Notes: generated by a model from the sequence alone, not told the origin. Positions 24,153 through 36,114 are shown, counted from the first letter of the stretch. The stretch: 64,000 bases of DNA from Anaeramoeba ignava BMAN (GCA_028826165.1 JAPDFW010000134.1:1-64000); one strand, 5' to 3'. Made by a program: numbers and translations.

Positions 24153-25934
24153 ATGAATGAAATTATATTTTTTGGTTCAAATCAAAATCCAATTCTTTTC
24201 AAAAATAAACCAATTAAAATATTAAAACCAATTCAATTTAAATTTGAAAATGAAAATGAAAATGAAAATGAAAAACAAATTAAACAAATTTCATCAGGAA
24301 GATTTTCAACAATTTTCCTTTTTAAAAATGGAAAAGCAATAGAATATTTAGATGAAAATGATTCAAATCAAAATCCTAAAAAAATCCAAATTGAAAATAT
24401 TCAAAAAGTATCTGTTGGTGATCATAACGAAGCTATTTTAACAAAAGAAGGAAATGTATTTGCAAAAGGAAAATATATTAATCCAAAAAATCCAAATGAA
24501 TTTATCAATATTTCATCATTAATTGAAGATACAAATGATAGAATAATTGAAGATATTGTTTCTGGACATAGATCAATTTACTTATTAACTTCAAATCAAA
24601 ATGTTTATGGAATTGGTTCAAATGAATTTGGTCAACTTGGTTTTGATTCTGAAACACTGAAAAAAACAGAAAAACCAATTTTAATGATGAAAAATGTTTC
24701 TAAAATATTTTCAGGAAATTTTTCAGAATTTGTTTTTCTTTTAAATTCAAATCAAGAATTATTTGGATGTGGTGATAATTACTTTTACCAACTTGGTCTA
24801 AAAAGAACGAGAAATAACAAAATATTAAGTAAATTAACCAAAATCAAAAATATTCCAAAAGGTAAAATAATTGATATTCAAAGTGGATATCATCATTCAA
24901 TAATGTTGATTGAAGATGAACAAAAGAAAAAATCCAAAAATCCAAAAAGAAAACTTTATTCATGTGGAACCATTTTATTGCGACTAGAAGGAAAAATGAA
25001 ATTTATCAAAAAATTTACTCAAATCAAATCATCTTTATTTGAAAATGATGATGATAATATTCTTGATTTTTCTTGTGGAAATGATCATACTTTGATTTTA
25101 ACTTCCAAATCAAAATTAATTTCATTTGGAAATAATGAATATGGTCAATTAGGAACTGAAGATACAAAAGAGCAATCAATTCCAATTCAAATTGAACTTC
25201 CTAAATTAAGATTTAATGAAAATATTTCCAATTATCATGCTTCTTGTGGATATTCCAATTCATTTCTTTATTATTCTCCTCCTTCTTTTTCCAATCTTGA
25301 AGAAGATTTGATAAAATTATTTAGAAGAAAAGAATTTTGTGATATTTCATTTAAAACAGAAAATGGAGAAATAATCAAAGCTCATAAATTAATATTGAAA
25401 TATAGATTAAATCAAAATCAAAATCAAATTGAAAAACTTCAAGAAATTATTTCAAAAAAATCAATTAAAGAATCAAATCAAATATTTGAAATAATTTATT
25501 CAAACAGAATAATAAATCCAAAATTATATTCTGAAATTAAAGAAATTATAAATTTAAATGAAAAAATTGAAGAAACAATGAAAAGAATTTATTTAAATGA
25601 AAATGAAAATGAAAATGAAAAAGATTTTATAATTGAAAGAAAAGAAAAACAATATAAATTTCCAAAATTAATATTAATAATGAGAAGTGAATTATATCGA
25701 GGAATGTTTTTATCTGTAATAAATGATAAATCTAATAAAGTTACAGATTATAGTGAATTAAGTAATAAATCATTTCAAATATTTGAATATTGGATTTATT
25801 CAAATCAAATTAAAGATGAAATTCAAATTACACAAGAAATAATTAATGAAATTAAAATTGGAATTGATTATTTTCAATTAAATCAAACAAATCCAAATTT
25901 AATTGATTTATTAATTAAGAAATTTCAAAATTAA
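24153..25934 (+). CDS. RCC1/BLIP-II propeller + tandem BTB protein, copy A
   Basis: Intact 593 aa; RCC1 motifs (GSNEFGQLG, SCGNDHTLIL, FGNNEYGQLG); BTB motifs FCDISF...AHKLIL and KDFII...RSELYRGMF. Confidence 0.92.
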   Translation: MNEIIFFGSNQNPILFKNKPIKILKPIQFKFENENENENEKQIKQISSGRFSTIFLFKNGKAIEYLDENDSNQNPKKIQIENIQKVSVGDHNEAILTKEGNVFAKGKYINPKNPNEFINISSLIEDTNDRIIEDIVSGHRSIYLLTSNQNVYGIGSNEFGQLGFDSETLKKTEKPILMMKNVSKIFSGNFSEFVFLLNSNQELFGCGDNYFYQLGLKRTRNNKILSKLTKIKNIPKGKIIDIQSGYHHSIMLIEDEQKKKSKNPKRKLYSCGTILLRLEGKMKFIKKFTQIKSSLFENDDDNILDFSCGNDHTLILTSKSKLISFGNNEYGQLGTEDTKEQSIPIQIELPKLRFNENISNYHASCGYSNSFLYYSPPSFSNLEEDLIKLFRRKEFCDISFKTENGEIIKAHKLILKYRLNQNQNQIEKLQEIISKKSIKESNQIFEIIYSNRIINPKLYSEIKEIINLNEKIEETMKRIYLNENENENEKDFIIERKEKQYKFPKLILIMRSELYRGMFLSVINDKSNKVTDYSELSNKSFQIFEYWIYSNQIKDEIQITQEIINEIKIGIDYFQLNQTNPNLIDLLIKKFQN

Positions 25935-26075
25935 AATTAAAATTAAAATTAAAATTAAAATTAAAATTAAAATTAAAATTAAAATTAAAATTAAAATTAA
26001 AATTAAAATTAAAATTAAAATTAAAATTAAAATTAAAATTAAAATTAAAATTAAAATCAAAATTAAAATTAAAAT
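25935..26075 (+). repeat. TAAAAT hexamer array starting at the stop codon of copy A
   Basis: CAA AAT TAA AAT TAA AAT ... continues for about 140 nt. Confidence 0.9.
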
Positions 26076-26113
26076 TCCAAAATTATTTTTTTTCATTTTT
26101 TTTCTTTTTAAAA

Positions 26114-28018
26114 ATGAATGAAATTTTATTTTTTGGTTCAAATGATTCAACTCTTATCAAAAATAAACCAAATAAAATATTAAAACCAATTCAATTTAAA
26201 TTTGAAAATGAAAATGGAAATGAAAATGAAAATGAAAATGAAAATGAAAAACAAATTAAACAAATTTCATCAGGAAGATTTTCAACAATTTTCCTTTTTA
26301 AAAATGGAAAAGCAATAGAATATTTAGATGAAAATGATTCAAAACAAAATCCTAAAAAAATCCAAATTGAAGAAAATATTCAAAAAGTAACTGTTGGCTA
26401 TGAAAATGAAGCTATTTTAACAATAGAAGGAAATGTATTTGCCAAAGGAAAATATATTAATTCAAAAAATCCAAATGAATTTATCAATATTTCATCATTA
26501 ATTGAAGATATAAATGATAGAATAATTCAAGATATTGTTTCTGGATTCAATTCAATTTATTTATTAACTTCAAATCAAAATGTTTATGGAATTGGTTCAA
26601 ATAAATATGGTCAACTTGGTTTTGATTGTGAAACACTTGAAACAACAGAAAAACCAATTTTAATGATGAAAAATGTTTCTAAAATATTTTCAGGAAATTC
26701 TTCAAATCATGTTTTTCTTTTAAATTCAAATCAAGAATTATTTGGATGTGGATTAAATAGATTTGGTCAACTTGGATTAGGAGAATCAAGAAAAGAAGAA
26801 ACAAAAATCCATAAATTAACCAAAATCCAAAATATTCCAAAAGGCAAAATAATTGATATTAAATGTGGAAATGGTCATTCAATAATGTTGATTGAAAATG
26901 AAAATGAAAATGAAAATGAAAATGAAAATGAAAATGAAAATGAAAATGAAAATGAAAATGAAAATGAAAATGAAAATGAAAATGAAAATTCAAAAAGAAA
27001 ACTTTATTCATGTGGATTTTGGCAATATAATGGGCTTGACGAAGATGAAGATGAAGATGAAGATGAAAATGAAAATAAAGATGAAGATGGAAATACTTAT
27101 AAATTTACTGAAATTAAATCATCTTTATTTGAAAATGATGATGATATTCTTGATTTTTCTTGTGGATATAATCATACTTTGATTTTAACTTCCAATGGGA
27201 AATTAATAGTATTTGGAAATAATTTATTTGGTCAATTAGGAACTGGAGATACAAAAAATCAATTAATTCCAATTCAAATTGAACTTCCTAAATTAAGATT
27301 TAATGAATATATTTCTAATTATCATGTTTCCTGTGGATATTTCAAATCATTTCTTTATTATTCTCCTCCTTCTTTTTCCAATCTTGAAGAAGATTTGATA
27401 AAATTATTTAGAAGAAAAGAATTTTGTGATATTTCATTTAAAACCAAAAATGGAGAAATAATTGAAGCTCATAAATTAATATTGAAATATAGATTAAATC
27501 AAAATCAAAATCAAATTGAAAAACTTCAAGAAATTATTTCAAATAAATCAATTAAAGAATCAAATCAAATATTTGAAATGATTTATTCAAACAATTCCAA
27601 AATAAATCCAAAATTATATTATGAAATTAAAGAAATTATAAATTTAAATGAAAAAATTGAAGAAACAATGAAAAGAATTTATTTAAATGAAAATGAAAAA
27701 GATTTTACAATTGAAAGAAAAGAAAAACAATATAAATTCCCAAAATTAATATTAATAATGAGAAGTGAATTATATCGAGGAATGTTTTTATCTGTAATAA
27801 ATGATAAATCTAATAAAGTTACAGATTATAGTGAATTAAGTAATAAATCATTCCAAATATTTGAATATTGGATTTATTCAAATCAAATTAAAGAAGGAAT
27901 TAAAATTACACAAGAAATAATTAATGAAATTAAAATTGGAATTGATTATTTTCAATTAAATGAAACAAATCCAAATTTATTTGATTTATTAATTAGGAAA
28001 TTTAATAATCAAAATTAA
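26114..28018 (+). CDS. RCC1 + tandem BTB protein, copy B (long poly-EN insert)
   Basis: Intact 634 aa, colinear with copy A; (GAAAAT)n tract at about 26894-26989. Confidence 0.92.
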   Translation: MNEILFFGSNDSTLIKNKPNKILKPIQFKFENENGNENENENENEKQIKQISSGRFSTIFLFKNGKAIEYLDENDSKQNPKKIQIEENIQKVTVGYENEAILTIEGNVFAKGKYINSKNPNEFINISSLIEDINDRIIQDIVSGFNSIYLLTSNQNVYGIGSNKYGQLGFDCETLETTEKPILMMKNVSKIFSGNSSNHVFLLNSNQELFGCGLNRFGQLGLGESRKEETKIHKLTKIQNIPKGKIIDIKCGNGHSIMLIENENENENENENENENENENENENENENENENSKRKLYSCGFWQYNGLDEDEDEDEDENENKDEDGNTYKFTEIKSSLFENDDDILDFSCGYNHTLILTSNGKLIVFGNNLFGQLGTGDTKNQLIPIQIELPKLRFNEYISNYHVSCGYFKSFLYYSPPSFSNLEEDLIKLFRRKEFCDISFKTKNGEIIEAHKLILKYRLNQNQNQIEKLQEIISNKSIKESNQIFEMIYSNNSKINPKLYYEIKEIINLNEKIEETMKRIYLNENEKDFTIERKEKQYKFPKLILIMRSELYRGMFLSVINDKSNKVTDYSELSNKSFQIFEYWIYSNQIKEGIKITQEIINEIKIGIDYFQLNETNPNLFDLLIRKFNNQN

Positions 28019-28304
28019 AATCAAAATTAAAATCAAAATTAAAATTAAAATTAAAATCAAAATTAAAATTAAAATTAAAATTAATATTCAAAATTAAAAT
28101 TAAAAATTAAAAATTAAAATTAAAATCAAAATTAAAATTAAAATTTAAAATCAAAATTAAAATTAAAATTAAAATCAAAATTAAAATTAAAATTTAAAAT
28201 CAAAATTAAAATTAAAATTAAAATTTCCTTTTAATTTTTTGGAAAGAAAAAGAAAAAATGGAAAACAATTTTTGGATTTTAAATTTAAATTTGATTTTAA
28301 ATTT

Positions 28305-29675
28305 TCATTTTAACAAATCATTCAAAAGTTCAACTTCTCGATTCAATTTTTCATCACCAATGATTTTAATTTCCTTTTCCAAATAATCAATAAATTTTTT
28401 TACCTTTTCTTTTCCTTCATCATTTCGTTGGAAATTATTAACAATATCAACAAATCTGACTAACAAAATAGCTTTTCGAATACTCAAATCTTGGAAGAAT
28501 TCAGATTGATCGTTTTGGAGTTCAGGAAAGGCAATATTGATGACTTCTTGATATTCTTTTCCAAGTTTGTCTTTGAAACTGATGGTGATATTCAAGGGAA
28601 GACCATCACCAACAGATTTATCCATTTTGAGTAATAAAACACCACCTTGAACCTCATTATTCTCATTGACATTACTTGGCATAACTGTGGAAATATTAGC
28701 GATTGTTGTTTCCTTCTCGGATTCCGCATCGGGTGATCCATATACAGAAAGAATTTTCGCACCATCCACCTTGATTGTTGCATCAAAACATATTGGAGTC
28801 ATAACATAATCAAAATCAGTATCCATTCTTCTTTTGAATTCAGAAGATGAATTAACTGAGTAATAATTTGCTCCCTTTGTTTTTGTGATGATATCAATCA
28901 ATTCAACATTGAAATCAACTCCAATCCCGATAAAGGTTGTAAAAATAGCCTTTTCGGAAGCCTTTCTTGCCAAAGTGAATAAACCTTCACTTCTTGTTTC
29001 ACCAGTTGTTGGTTGAGCATCAGTTAAGAAAATGATCCTATTTTCGCGTTCCAAATCTTCCTTCTCTTGACTTTTCAAATATTTCTCAATCATTCGTGAT
29101 CCTTCAATAAACCCCTCTGCCATATTTGTTCCTCCTCTTGTTTTCAACTTGTTGATTTTATCATTCATTTTTTCCTTGTCAATTTTCCCGAAATTTTGGA
29201 ACGCGATCAATTCTTCTGCATCATCATCAAAAATTACAACTCCAAAATTATCCTCATCATTCAAATGTCCAACAAGACCAAGAAGCGATCTCTTCGCAAT
29301 TTCAAGTTTACTTGAATGTGATTCAACATTATGATATTCGCCTGTAAATGAACAGCTCATTGATCCAGAAATATCAAGAACAATCACACAATTCAACTTG
29401 GGTCGTCCTATTTCTTGAATTCCTTCTCCATCATATTTCGATTTTGTTGCTAATGATAGAAAATATTCCTTTTCGTTCGTCTCTAAATTGTTCACAATTC
29501 CACAAAAAGGTTCTGCTGTGAAAATTTTTTGCTTTTCAATTTTGCCTGCGTTGAAATAATATTCAAAAAATAATCCATGATAAGTCATTTTTGGAATAGA
29601 AGGAGTTCTTCTTGAACGGATTTTTAATCTAGTATTTGTTGTATCTTTTGCTCCATGAAAAGCACAACTTGACAT
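28305..29675 (-). CDS. von Willebrand factor A (vWA) domain protein, YfbK/archaeal-type
   Basis: Intronless 456 aa; MIDAS motifs VLDISGSM, TRGGTNM and IIFLTDAQP; N-terminal GAKD...TYHGLFFEYYF segment. Confidence 0.85.
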   Translation of the reverse strand: MSSCAFHGAKDTTNTRLKIRSRRTPSIPKMTYHGLFFEYYFNAGKIEKQKIFTAEPFCGIVNNLETNEKEYFLSLATKSKYDGEGIQEIGRPKLNCVIVLDISGSMSCSFTGEYHNVESHSSKLEIAKRSLLGLVGHLNDEDNFGVVIFDDDAEELIAFQNFGKIDKEKMNDKINKLKTRGGTNMAEGFIEGSRMIEKYLKSQEKEDLERENRIIFLTDAQPTTGETRSEGLFTLARKASEKAIFTTFIGIGVDFNVELIDIITKTKGANYYSVNSSSEFKRRMDTDFDYVMTPICFDATIKVDGAKILSVYGSPDAESEKETTIANISTVMPSNVNENNEVQGGVLLLKMDKSVGDGLPLNITISFKDKLGKEYQEVINIAFPELQNDQSEFFQDLSIRKAILLVRFVDIVNNFQRNDEGKEKVKKFIDYLEKEIKIIGDEKLNREVELLNDLLK

Positions 29676-29914
29676 TTTTTATTATAATAATAATAAAAAG
29701 AAAATAAAAATGAAAAGTGAAAAATGTTTTTAATTTTTTTTAAATATTTTTGGAAAGTTCCAACTTTAAGGATTAATAAGAAAAAAATAATTAAAGTAAT
29801 CAAAATAAAAAATATTTGCGAAAAATACTTTACTTTTCCTCTTTTCTTTTATTTTATATTTTTAACAAATTCAAAAATTCATTTTTTCATTTTTCATTTT
29901 TTTTCTTTTAAAAA

Positions 29915-31701
29915 ATGAATGATTGTTTATTTTTTGGTTTAAATCAAAATCCAAAACTTTTCAAAAATGAACCAAATAAAATAACAAAACTACCAATTCA
30001 ATTTAAATTTGAAAATGAAAATGAAAATGAAAATGAAAAACAAATTAAACAAATTTCAACAGGTTGTTTTTCAACAATTTTCCTTTTTGAAAATGGAAAA
30101 GCAATAGAATATTTAAGATATCCAAATTCAAATGAAAATCCTGAAAAAATTCAAATTGAAGAAAATATTCAAAAAGTATCTGTTGGTCATGAAAACGAAG
30201 CTATTTTAACAATAGAAGGAAATGTATTTGCCAAAGGAGATGATATTAATCCAAATAATCCAAAAGAATTTATCAATATTTCATCATTAATTGAAGATAC
30301 AAATGATAGAATAATTCAAGATATTGCTTCTGGATGGGATTCAATTTACTTATTAACTTCAAATCAAAATGCTTATGGAATTGGTTCAAATAAATATGGC
30401 CAACTTAGTGTTGATTCTAAAACACTTCCAAAAACAGAAAAACCAATTTTAATGATGAAAAATGTTTCTAAAATATTTTCAGGAAGTACTTCTTATTATA
30501 TTTTTCTTTTAAATTCAAATCAAGAATTATTTGGATGTGGATCTAATCATTGGGGACAACTTGGATTAGGAGAATCAAGAAAAGAAGCAGAAATCCAAAA
30601 ATTAACCAAAATCCAAAATATTCCAAAAGGCAAAAGTAATTGATCTTAAATGTGGAGAATGCCATTCAATAATGTTGATTGAAAATGAAAATGAAAATCC
30701 AAAAAGAAAACTTTATTCATGTGGAGATTCTAAACAAAATGGACTTAATAAAAATGAAGATACAAGAGAATTTACTGAAATTAAATCATATTTATTTGAA
30801 AATGATGATAATATTCTTGATTTTTCTGTTGGATATCATCATACTTTTATTTTAACAAAAAAAGGGAAATTAATAGGATTTGGATACAATTATTATAGTC
30901 AATTAGGAACTGGAGATATAAAGTGGAATCAATCAATTCCAATTCAAATTGAACTTCCTAAATTAAGATTTAATGAAGATATTTCCAATTATCATGTTTA
31001 TTGTGGATATGAAAATTCATTTCTTTATTATTCTTCTTCTTTTTCTAATCTTGAAGAAGATTTGATAAAATTATTTAGAAGAAAAGAATTTTGTGATATT
31101 TCATTTAAAACAGAAAATGGAGAAATAATTGAAGCTCATAAATTAATATTGAAATATAGATTAAATCAAAATCAAAATCAAAATAAAAATGAAATTGAAA
31201 AACTTAAAGAAATTATTTCAAATAAATCAATTAAAGAATCAAATCAAATATTTGAAATGATTTATTCAAATAGAATAATAAATCCAAAATTATATTCTGA
31301 AATTAAAGAAATTATAAATTCAAATGAAAAAATAGAAGAAACAATGAAAAGAATTTATTTAAATGAAAATGAAAATGAAAATGAAAAAGATTTTATTAAT
31401 TGAAAGAAAAGAAAAACAATATAAATTTCCTAAATTAATATTAATAATGAGAAGTGAATTATATCGAGGAATGTTTTTATCTGTAACTGATGATAAATCA
31501 AATAAAGTTACAGATTATAGTGAATTAAGTAATAAATCATTTCAAATATTAGAATATTGGATTTATTCAAATCAAATTAAAGAAGAAATTGAAATTACAC
31601 AAGAAATAATTGATGAAATTCAAAGAGGAATTGATTATTTTCAATTAAATGAAACAAATCCAAATTTATTTGATTTATTAATTAATAAATTTAATAATTA
31701 A
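29915..31701 (+). CDS. RCC1 + tandem BTB protein, copy C (two apparent 1-nt insertions)
   Basis: ORF pieces 29915-30643, 30672-31403 and 31363-31701 are colinear with copy A; extra base at about 30636 and about 31397. Assembly error or recent pseudogene. Confidence 0.8.
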
Positions 31702-31910
31702 AATTAAAATTAAAATTTAAATTAAAATTAAAATTAAAATCAAAATTAAAATTAAAATTAAAATTAAAATTAAAATTAAAATTAAAATTAAAATTAAAAT
31801 CAAAATCAAAATTAAAATTAAAATTAAAATTAAAATTAAAATTAAAATTAAAAAATCAAATTTTTTAAAATTAAAATAAAAATTAAAATTAAAAATCATT
31901 TTTCATTTCA

Positions 31911-33683
31911 ATGAATATCCATTTTTTTATCAAAAATGAACCAGATAAAATAACAAAACCAATGAAAATTTGAAAATGAAAATGAAAATGAAAATGAAAA
32001 TGAAAAACAAATTAAACAAATTTCATCAGGAAATTGTTCAACAATTTTCCTTTTTGAAAATGGAAAAGCAATAGAATATTTAGAATATTCAAAACAAAAT
32101 CCTGAAAAATCCAAATTGAAAATATTCAAAAAGTAACTGTTGGTAATAATAATGAAGCTATTTTAACAAAAGAAGGAAATGTATTTGCAAAAGGAAAAGA
32201 TATTTATCCAAGAAATCCAAATGAATTTATCAATATTTCATCATTAATTGAAGATACAAATGATAGAATAATTAAAGATGTTGTTTCTGGAAGATATTCA
32301 ATTTACTTATTAACTTCAAATCAAAATGCTTATGGAATTGGTGACAATTATTATGGTCAAATTGGTTTTGATTCTGAAACACTTGAAAGAACAGAAAAAC
32401 CAATTTTAATGATGAAAAATATTTCTAAAATATTTTCAGGAAATTCTTCAGATCATGTTTTTCTTTTAAATTCAAATCAAGAATTATTTGGATGTGGTGA
32501 TAATATTTCTAGTCAACTTGGATTAGGAAAATCAAGAAAAGAACAAAGAATCCAAAAATTAACCAAAATCCAAAAAATTCCAAAAGGCAAAATAATTGAT
32601 ATTCAATGTGGATATTCTCATTCAATAATGTTGATTGAAGATGAAAATCAAAATCAAAATCAAAATCAAAATCCAAAAAGAAAACTTTATTCATGTGGAT
32701 ATTATGAATATAATGGACTTGGCCGAAATGAATATACTTATGAATTTACTGAATTCAAATCATCTTTATTTGAAAATGATGATAATATTCTTGATTTTTC
32801 TGTTGGAAAAGAGCATACTTTGATTTTAACTTCCAATTCAAAATTGATAGTATTTGGAGATAATGAATATGGTCAATTAGGAACTGGAAATACAAAAAAT
32901 CAATCAATTCCAATTCAAATTGAACTTCCTAAATTAAGATTTAATGAAAATATTTCTAATTATCATGTTTCTTGTGGAATGATTAAATCATTTCTTTATT
33001 CTTCTCATCCTTCTTTTTCCAATCTTGAAGAAGATTTGATAAAACTATTTAGAAGAAAAGAATTTTTGCAATATTTCATTTAAAACCGAAAATGGAGAAA
33101 TAATTGAAGCTCATAAATTAATATTGAAATATAGATTAAATCAAAATCAAAATCAAAATCAAAATCAAATTGAAAAACTTAAAGAAATTATTTCAAAAAA
33201 ATCAATTAAAGAATCAAATCAAATATTTGAAATGATTTATTCAAACAGAATTATAAATCCAAAATTATATTCTGAAATTAAAGAAATTATAAATTTAAAT
33301 GAAAAAATTGAAGAAACAATGAAAAGAATTTATTTAAATGAAAAAGAAAATGAAAATGAAAAAGATTTTATTATTGAAAGAAAAGAAAAGAAATATAAAT
33401 TTCCTAAATTAATATTAATAATGAGAAGTGAATTATATCGAGGAATGTTTTTATCTGTAACTGAAGATAAATCTAAATAAAGTTACAGATTATAGTGAAT
33501 TAAGTAATAAATCATTTCAAATATTTGAATATTGGATTTATTCAAATCAAATTAAAAGATGAAATTCAAATTACACAAGAAATAATTGATGAAATTAAAA
33601 TTGGAATTGATTATTTTCAATTAAATCAAACAAATCCAAATTTATTTGATTTATTAACTAATAAATTTAATAACCAAAATTAA
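31911..33683 (+). CDS. RCC1 + tandem BTB protein, copy D (several apparent indels; possible pseudogene)
   Basis: ATG at 31911 with shortened N-terminus; colinear with paralogs to TAA 33681-33683; frameshifts near 31968, 32108, 33066, 33477 and 33557. Confidence 0.7.
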
Positions 33684-34250
33684 AATTAAAATTAAATCAA
33701 TATCAAAATTAAAATTAAAATTAAAATTAAAATTAAAATTAATATTAAAATCAAAATTAAATTAAAATTAAAATTAAAATTAAAATTAAAATTAAAATTA
33801 AAATTAAAATTAAAATAAAATTCAAAATTAAAATTAAAGTAAAAATTAAAATTAAAAGTTTTGGATTTTATCTTTTTTTCTGTGTTTTAACAAAATCCAA
33901 AACTTTTTATTGTTTATTCCAATAAAAAAAAATTTTTTTTTTTGTTAAAAATAATAAAAAAACAAAAAAGAAATTGAATAAAAGGGGAGTTTCAAAACAG
34001 TAACAAAAAAAACCAAAAAAAGAAAGAAAAAGATCAAAAAAAAATAAACCTTATTGAAATTCAATTAAAACTTTTCAATCTCAGAAAACGATAACGATCA
34101 TTTTAATTTAAATCCATTTTAATTTAAATCTATTTTAATTTAAATCTATTTTAATTTAATCCAAAAACAAAAAAAAAAGCAAAAAAAAAGAAGAAGCAAA
34201 ACAAAAAAAATTTTTTATTTCCATTTTCATTTTTAATTTAATTTTTAAAA

Positions 34251-36036
34251 ATGAATGAAATTTTATTTTTTGGTCAAAATCAAAATCCAAAACTTTTCAA
34301 AAATGAACCAAATAAAATAACAAAACCAATTCAATTTAAATTTGAAAATGAAAATGAAAATGAAAATGAAAAACAAATTAAACAAATTTCATCAGGAATA
34401 TGTTCAATAATTTTCCTTTTTAAAAATGGAGAAAGCAATAGAATATTCAAAACAAAATCCTGAAAAAATCCAAATTGAAGAAAATATTCAAAAAGTATCT
34501 GTTGGTCATAAAAATGAAGCTATTTTAACAAAAGAAGGAAATGTATTTGCCAAAGGAAGTGACATTAATTCAAAAAATCCAAAAGAATTTATCAATATTT
34601 CATCATTAATTGAAGATACAAATGATAGAATAATTCAAGATATTGTTTCTGGACATAGATCAATTTACTTATTAACTTCAAATCATAATGTTTATGGAAT
34701 TGGTTCAAATCAATTTGGTCAAGTTGGTTTTGATTCTAAAACACTTCAAAAAACAGAAAAACCAATTTTAATGATGAAAAATGTTTCTAAAATATTTTCA
34801 GGAAATTTTTCATATTCTGTTTTTCTTTTAAATTCAAATCAAGAATTATTTGGATGTGGTGATAATGAAGATAAACAAATTGCTGCAAAAGAAGAAAAAA
34901 AAATCCAAAAATTAACCAAAATCCAAAATATTCCAAAAGGCAAAATAATTGATATTAAATGTGGAAGTGCTTATTCAATAATGTTGATTGAAAATCAAAA
35001 TGAAAATGAAAATCCAAAAAGAAAACTTTATTCATGTGGGCATTATCAATATAATGGACTTGGAAAAAATGAAAATACTTATGAATTTACTGAAATCAAA
35101 TCATCTTTATTTGAAAATGATGATAATATTCTTGATTTTTCTGTTGGATATAATCATACTTTGATTTTAACTTCCAATTCAAAATTAATTGGATTTGGAA
35201 GTAATTATTATAGTCAATTAGGAACTGGAGATACAAAAAATCAATTAATTCCTATTCAAATTGAACTTCCTAAATTAAGATTTGATGAAGATATTTCTAA
35301 TTATCATCTTTCTTGTGGTGATTACAATTCATTTCTTTATTCTTCTCCTTCTTTTTCCAATCTTGAAGAAGATTTGATAAAACTATTTAGAAGAAAAGAA
35401 TTTTGTAATATTTCATTTAAAACCAAAAATGGAGAAATAATTGAAGCTCATAAATTAATATTGAAATATAGATTAAATCAAAATCAAAATCAAAATCAAA
35501 ATCAAATTGAAAAACTTAAAGAAATTATTTCAAAAAAATCAATTAAAGAATCAAATCAAATATTTGAAATGATTTATTCAAACAGAATTATAAATCCAAA
35601 ATTATATTCTGAAATTAAAGAAATTATAAATTCAAATGAAAAAATTGAAGAAACAATAAAAAGAATTTATTTAAATGAAAATGAAAATGAAAATGAAAAT
35701 GAAAATGAAAATGAAAAAGATTTTATTATTGAAAGAAAAGAAAAGAAATATAAATTTCCTAAATTAATATTAATAATGAGAAGTGAATTATATCGAGGAA
35801 TGTTTTTATCTGTAACTGAAGATAAATCTAATAAAGTTACAGATTATAGTGAATTAAGTAATAAATCATTTCAAATATTAGAATATTGGATTTATTCAAA
35901 TCAAATTAAAAATGAAATTGAAATTACACAAGAAATAATTGATGAAATTCAAATAGGAATTGATTATTTTCAATTAAATGAAACAAATCCAAATTTATTT
36001 GATTTATTAATTAACAAATTTAATATTCAAAATTAA
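34251..36036 (+). CDS. RCC1 + tandem BTB protein, copy E (one apparent 1-nt insertion)
   Basis: 34251-34463 and 34426-36036 overlap; aatggagaaagca versus paralog aatggaaaagca. Confidence 0.85.
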
Positions 36037-36114
36037 AAATTAAAAATTAAAATCAAAATTAAAATTAAAAATCGAAATTTTTTTTTCATTTTCATTTTTC
36101 ATTTTTTTTTTGAT

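Noticed and set aside
24153-36036. Diversity-generating retroelement behind the RCC1 hypervariability
   Set aside because: No reverse transcriptase or template repeat in the window, and differences are not visibly restricted to adenines.
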